A program made the position numbers and the translations under genes. Positions 63,345 to 64,000 of a DNA stretch of 64,000 bases are shown one piece after another. The DNA is from Octopus sinensis (lineage: Eukaryota), in NCBI RefSeq assembly GCF_006345805.1, contig NC_043006.1, forward strand, positions 43,276,001-43,340,000. Direction: 5' to 3'. A model generated the notes under the pieces. That model did not search any database and had not been told where the DNA came from. It saw nothing but the letters and a program-made list of their open reading frames with translations. The stretch's first letter is position 1; every line of letters begins with the position of its first letter.

Positions 63345-63575
63345 ATCATGCAAGGGGGAAATAGTACCTGTGTTGGTGCTATGTAAAAAGTACCCAGTAC
63401 ATTATGTAATGTGGTTGGTATTAGGAAGGGTATCTAGCCATAGAAACTATGCTGAAACAGACAAATCAAGTCTGGTGTAGCTCTCCAGCTTCCCAAATCC
63501 TGTCAAACCATTCAACCTGTATGGAAAACTGACATTAAATGATGATGATGACAATGACGACAATGATGATGATGA
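63345..63575 (+). mobile_element. Old RTE 3' tail copy
   Basis: TGGTTGGTATTAGGAAGGGTATCTAGCC...CATTAAAT(GAT)n. Confidence 0.7.
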
Positions 63576-64000
63576 TACTGGGAAAGCATAAATTCTATGT
63601 GGTTGAAAATATCCCCAACCTGCTTCAATGACAGTACAGATACAAATTACTCAGAAACATAACTAACTACATCATCTTAGGATTTATTTCACATGTATTG
63701 GTAGAGGATTATACCCCTCATGGAGATGTTCTCCTCATCAGTTTCCATGTTTAGAAACCCCACCAGATCTAACCAGACACTCACTAATCTCAAATATCTG
63801 GGAACTTATAAGTCTACACACTTTTATCTTACTGGAAAACCCTGAAAAAAAGGAAATCATACATTTGTAATTAAAAAAAAACTTGCAATCTCTGCACAAC
63901 AGAAAGTATGAAAATTTTCTTTACCATGGTCCTTTTTTTGGACAAACACACTGATAAATTTTATCTTGCAAGATATTATTTATAACAATGTGCTCTCAAA

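Noticed and set aside
63690-63745. CTGATGA followed by a GGAG/CTCC hairpin on minus; also CTGATGA at 8626 and GAAACAGCTG at 5255
   Set aside because: No correctly placed GAAA, stem III and stem I combination, so these are not counted as hammerheads.
63763-63773. miR-750-like CCAGATCTAAC
   Set aside because: Matches only 11 nt and has no precursor hairpin.

Overview
AT-rich, microsatellite-dense eukaryotic DNA; the repeat families and (TA)n/(CA)n/(CAT)n load resemble octopus (coleoid cephalopod) genomes, which is an inference. No host protein-coding gene can be identified with confidence, and almost all long ORFs in the track are microsatellite artefacts. The window is mostly mobile DNA. It holds three tRNA-headed SINE families, a 5'-truncated RTE-clade LINE with a PHD-type zinc finger inserted in its RT, and many short copies of that LINE's 3' tail. 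It also holds BovB-like LINE remnants, Penelope-like element (PLE) remnants with RT and GIY-YIG, two mariner remnants, a DD37D/maT fragment inside a fold-back element, and piggyBac- and hAT-type MITEs. The main hidden signal is seven type I hammerhead-ribozyme-like folds from several families. One (32862-32915, minus) has a complete catalytic core inside a ~260-bp ORF-less insertion flanked by direct repeats. Another lies in a ~340-bp unit with a head-to-tail junction, suggesting retrozyme-like or solo-pLTR elements. Also notable are a SINE that appears to move as a dimer, PLE fragments inserted in the central microsatellite of one SINE family, and two large fold-back structures. All analysis was by eye; boundaries of decayed repeats are approximate.
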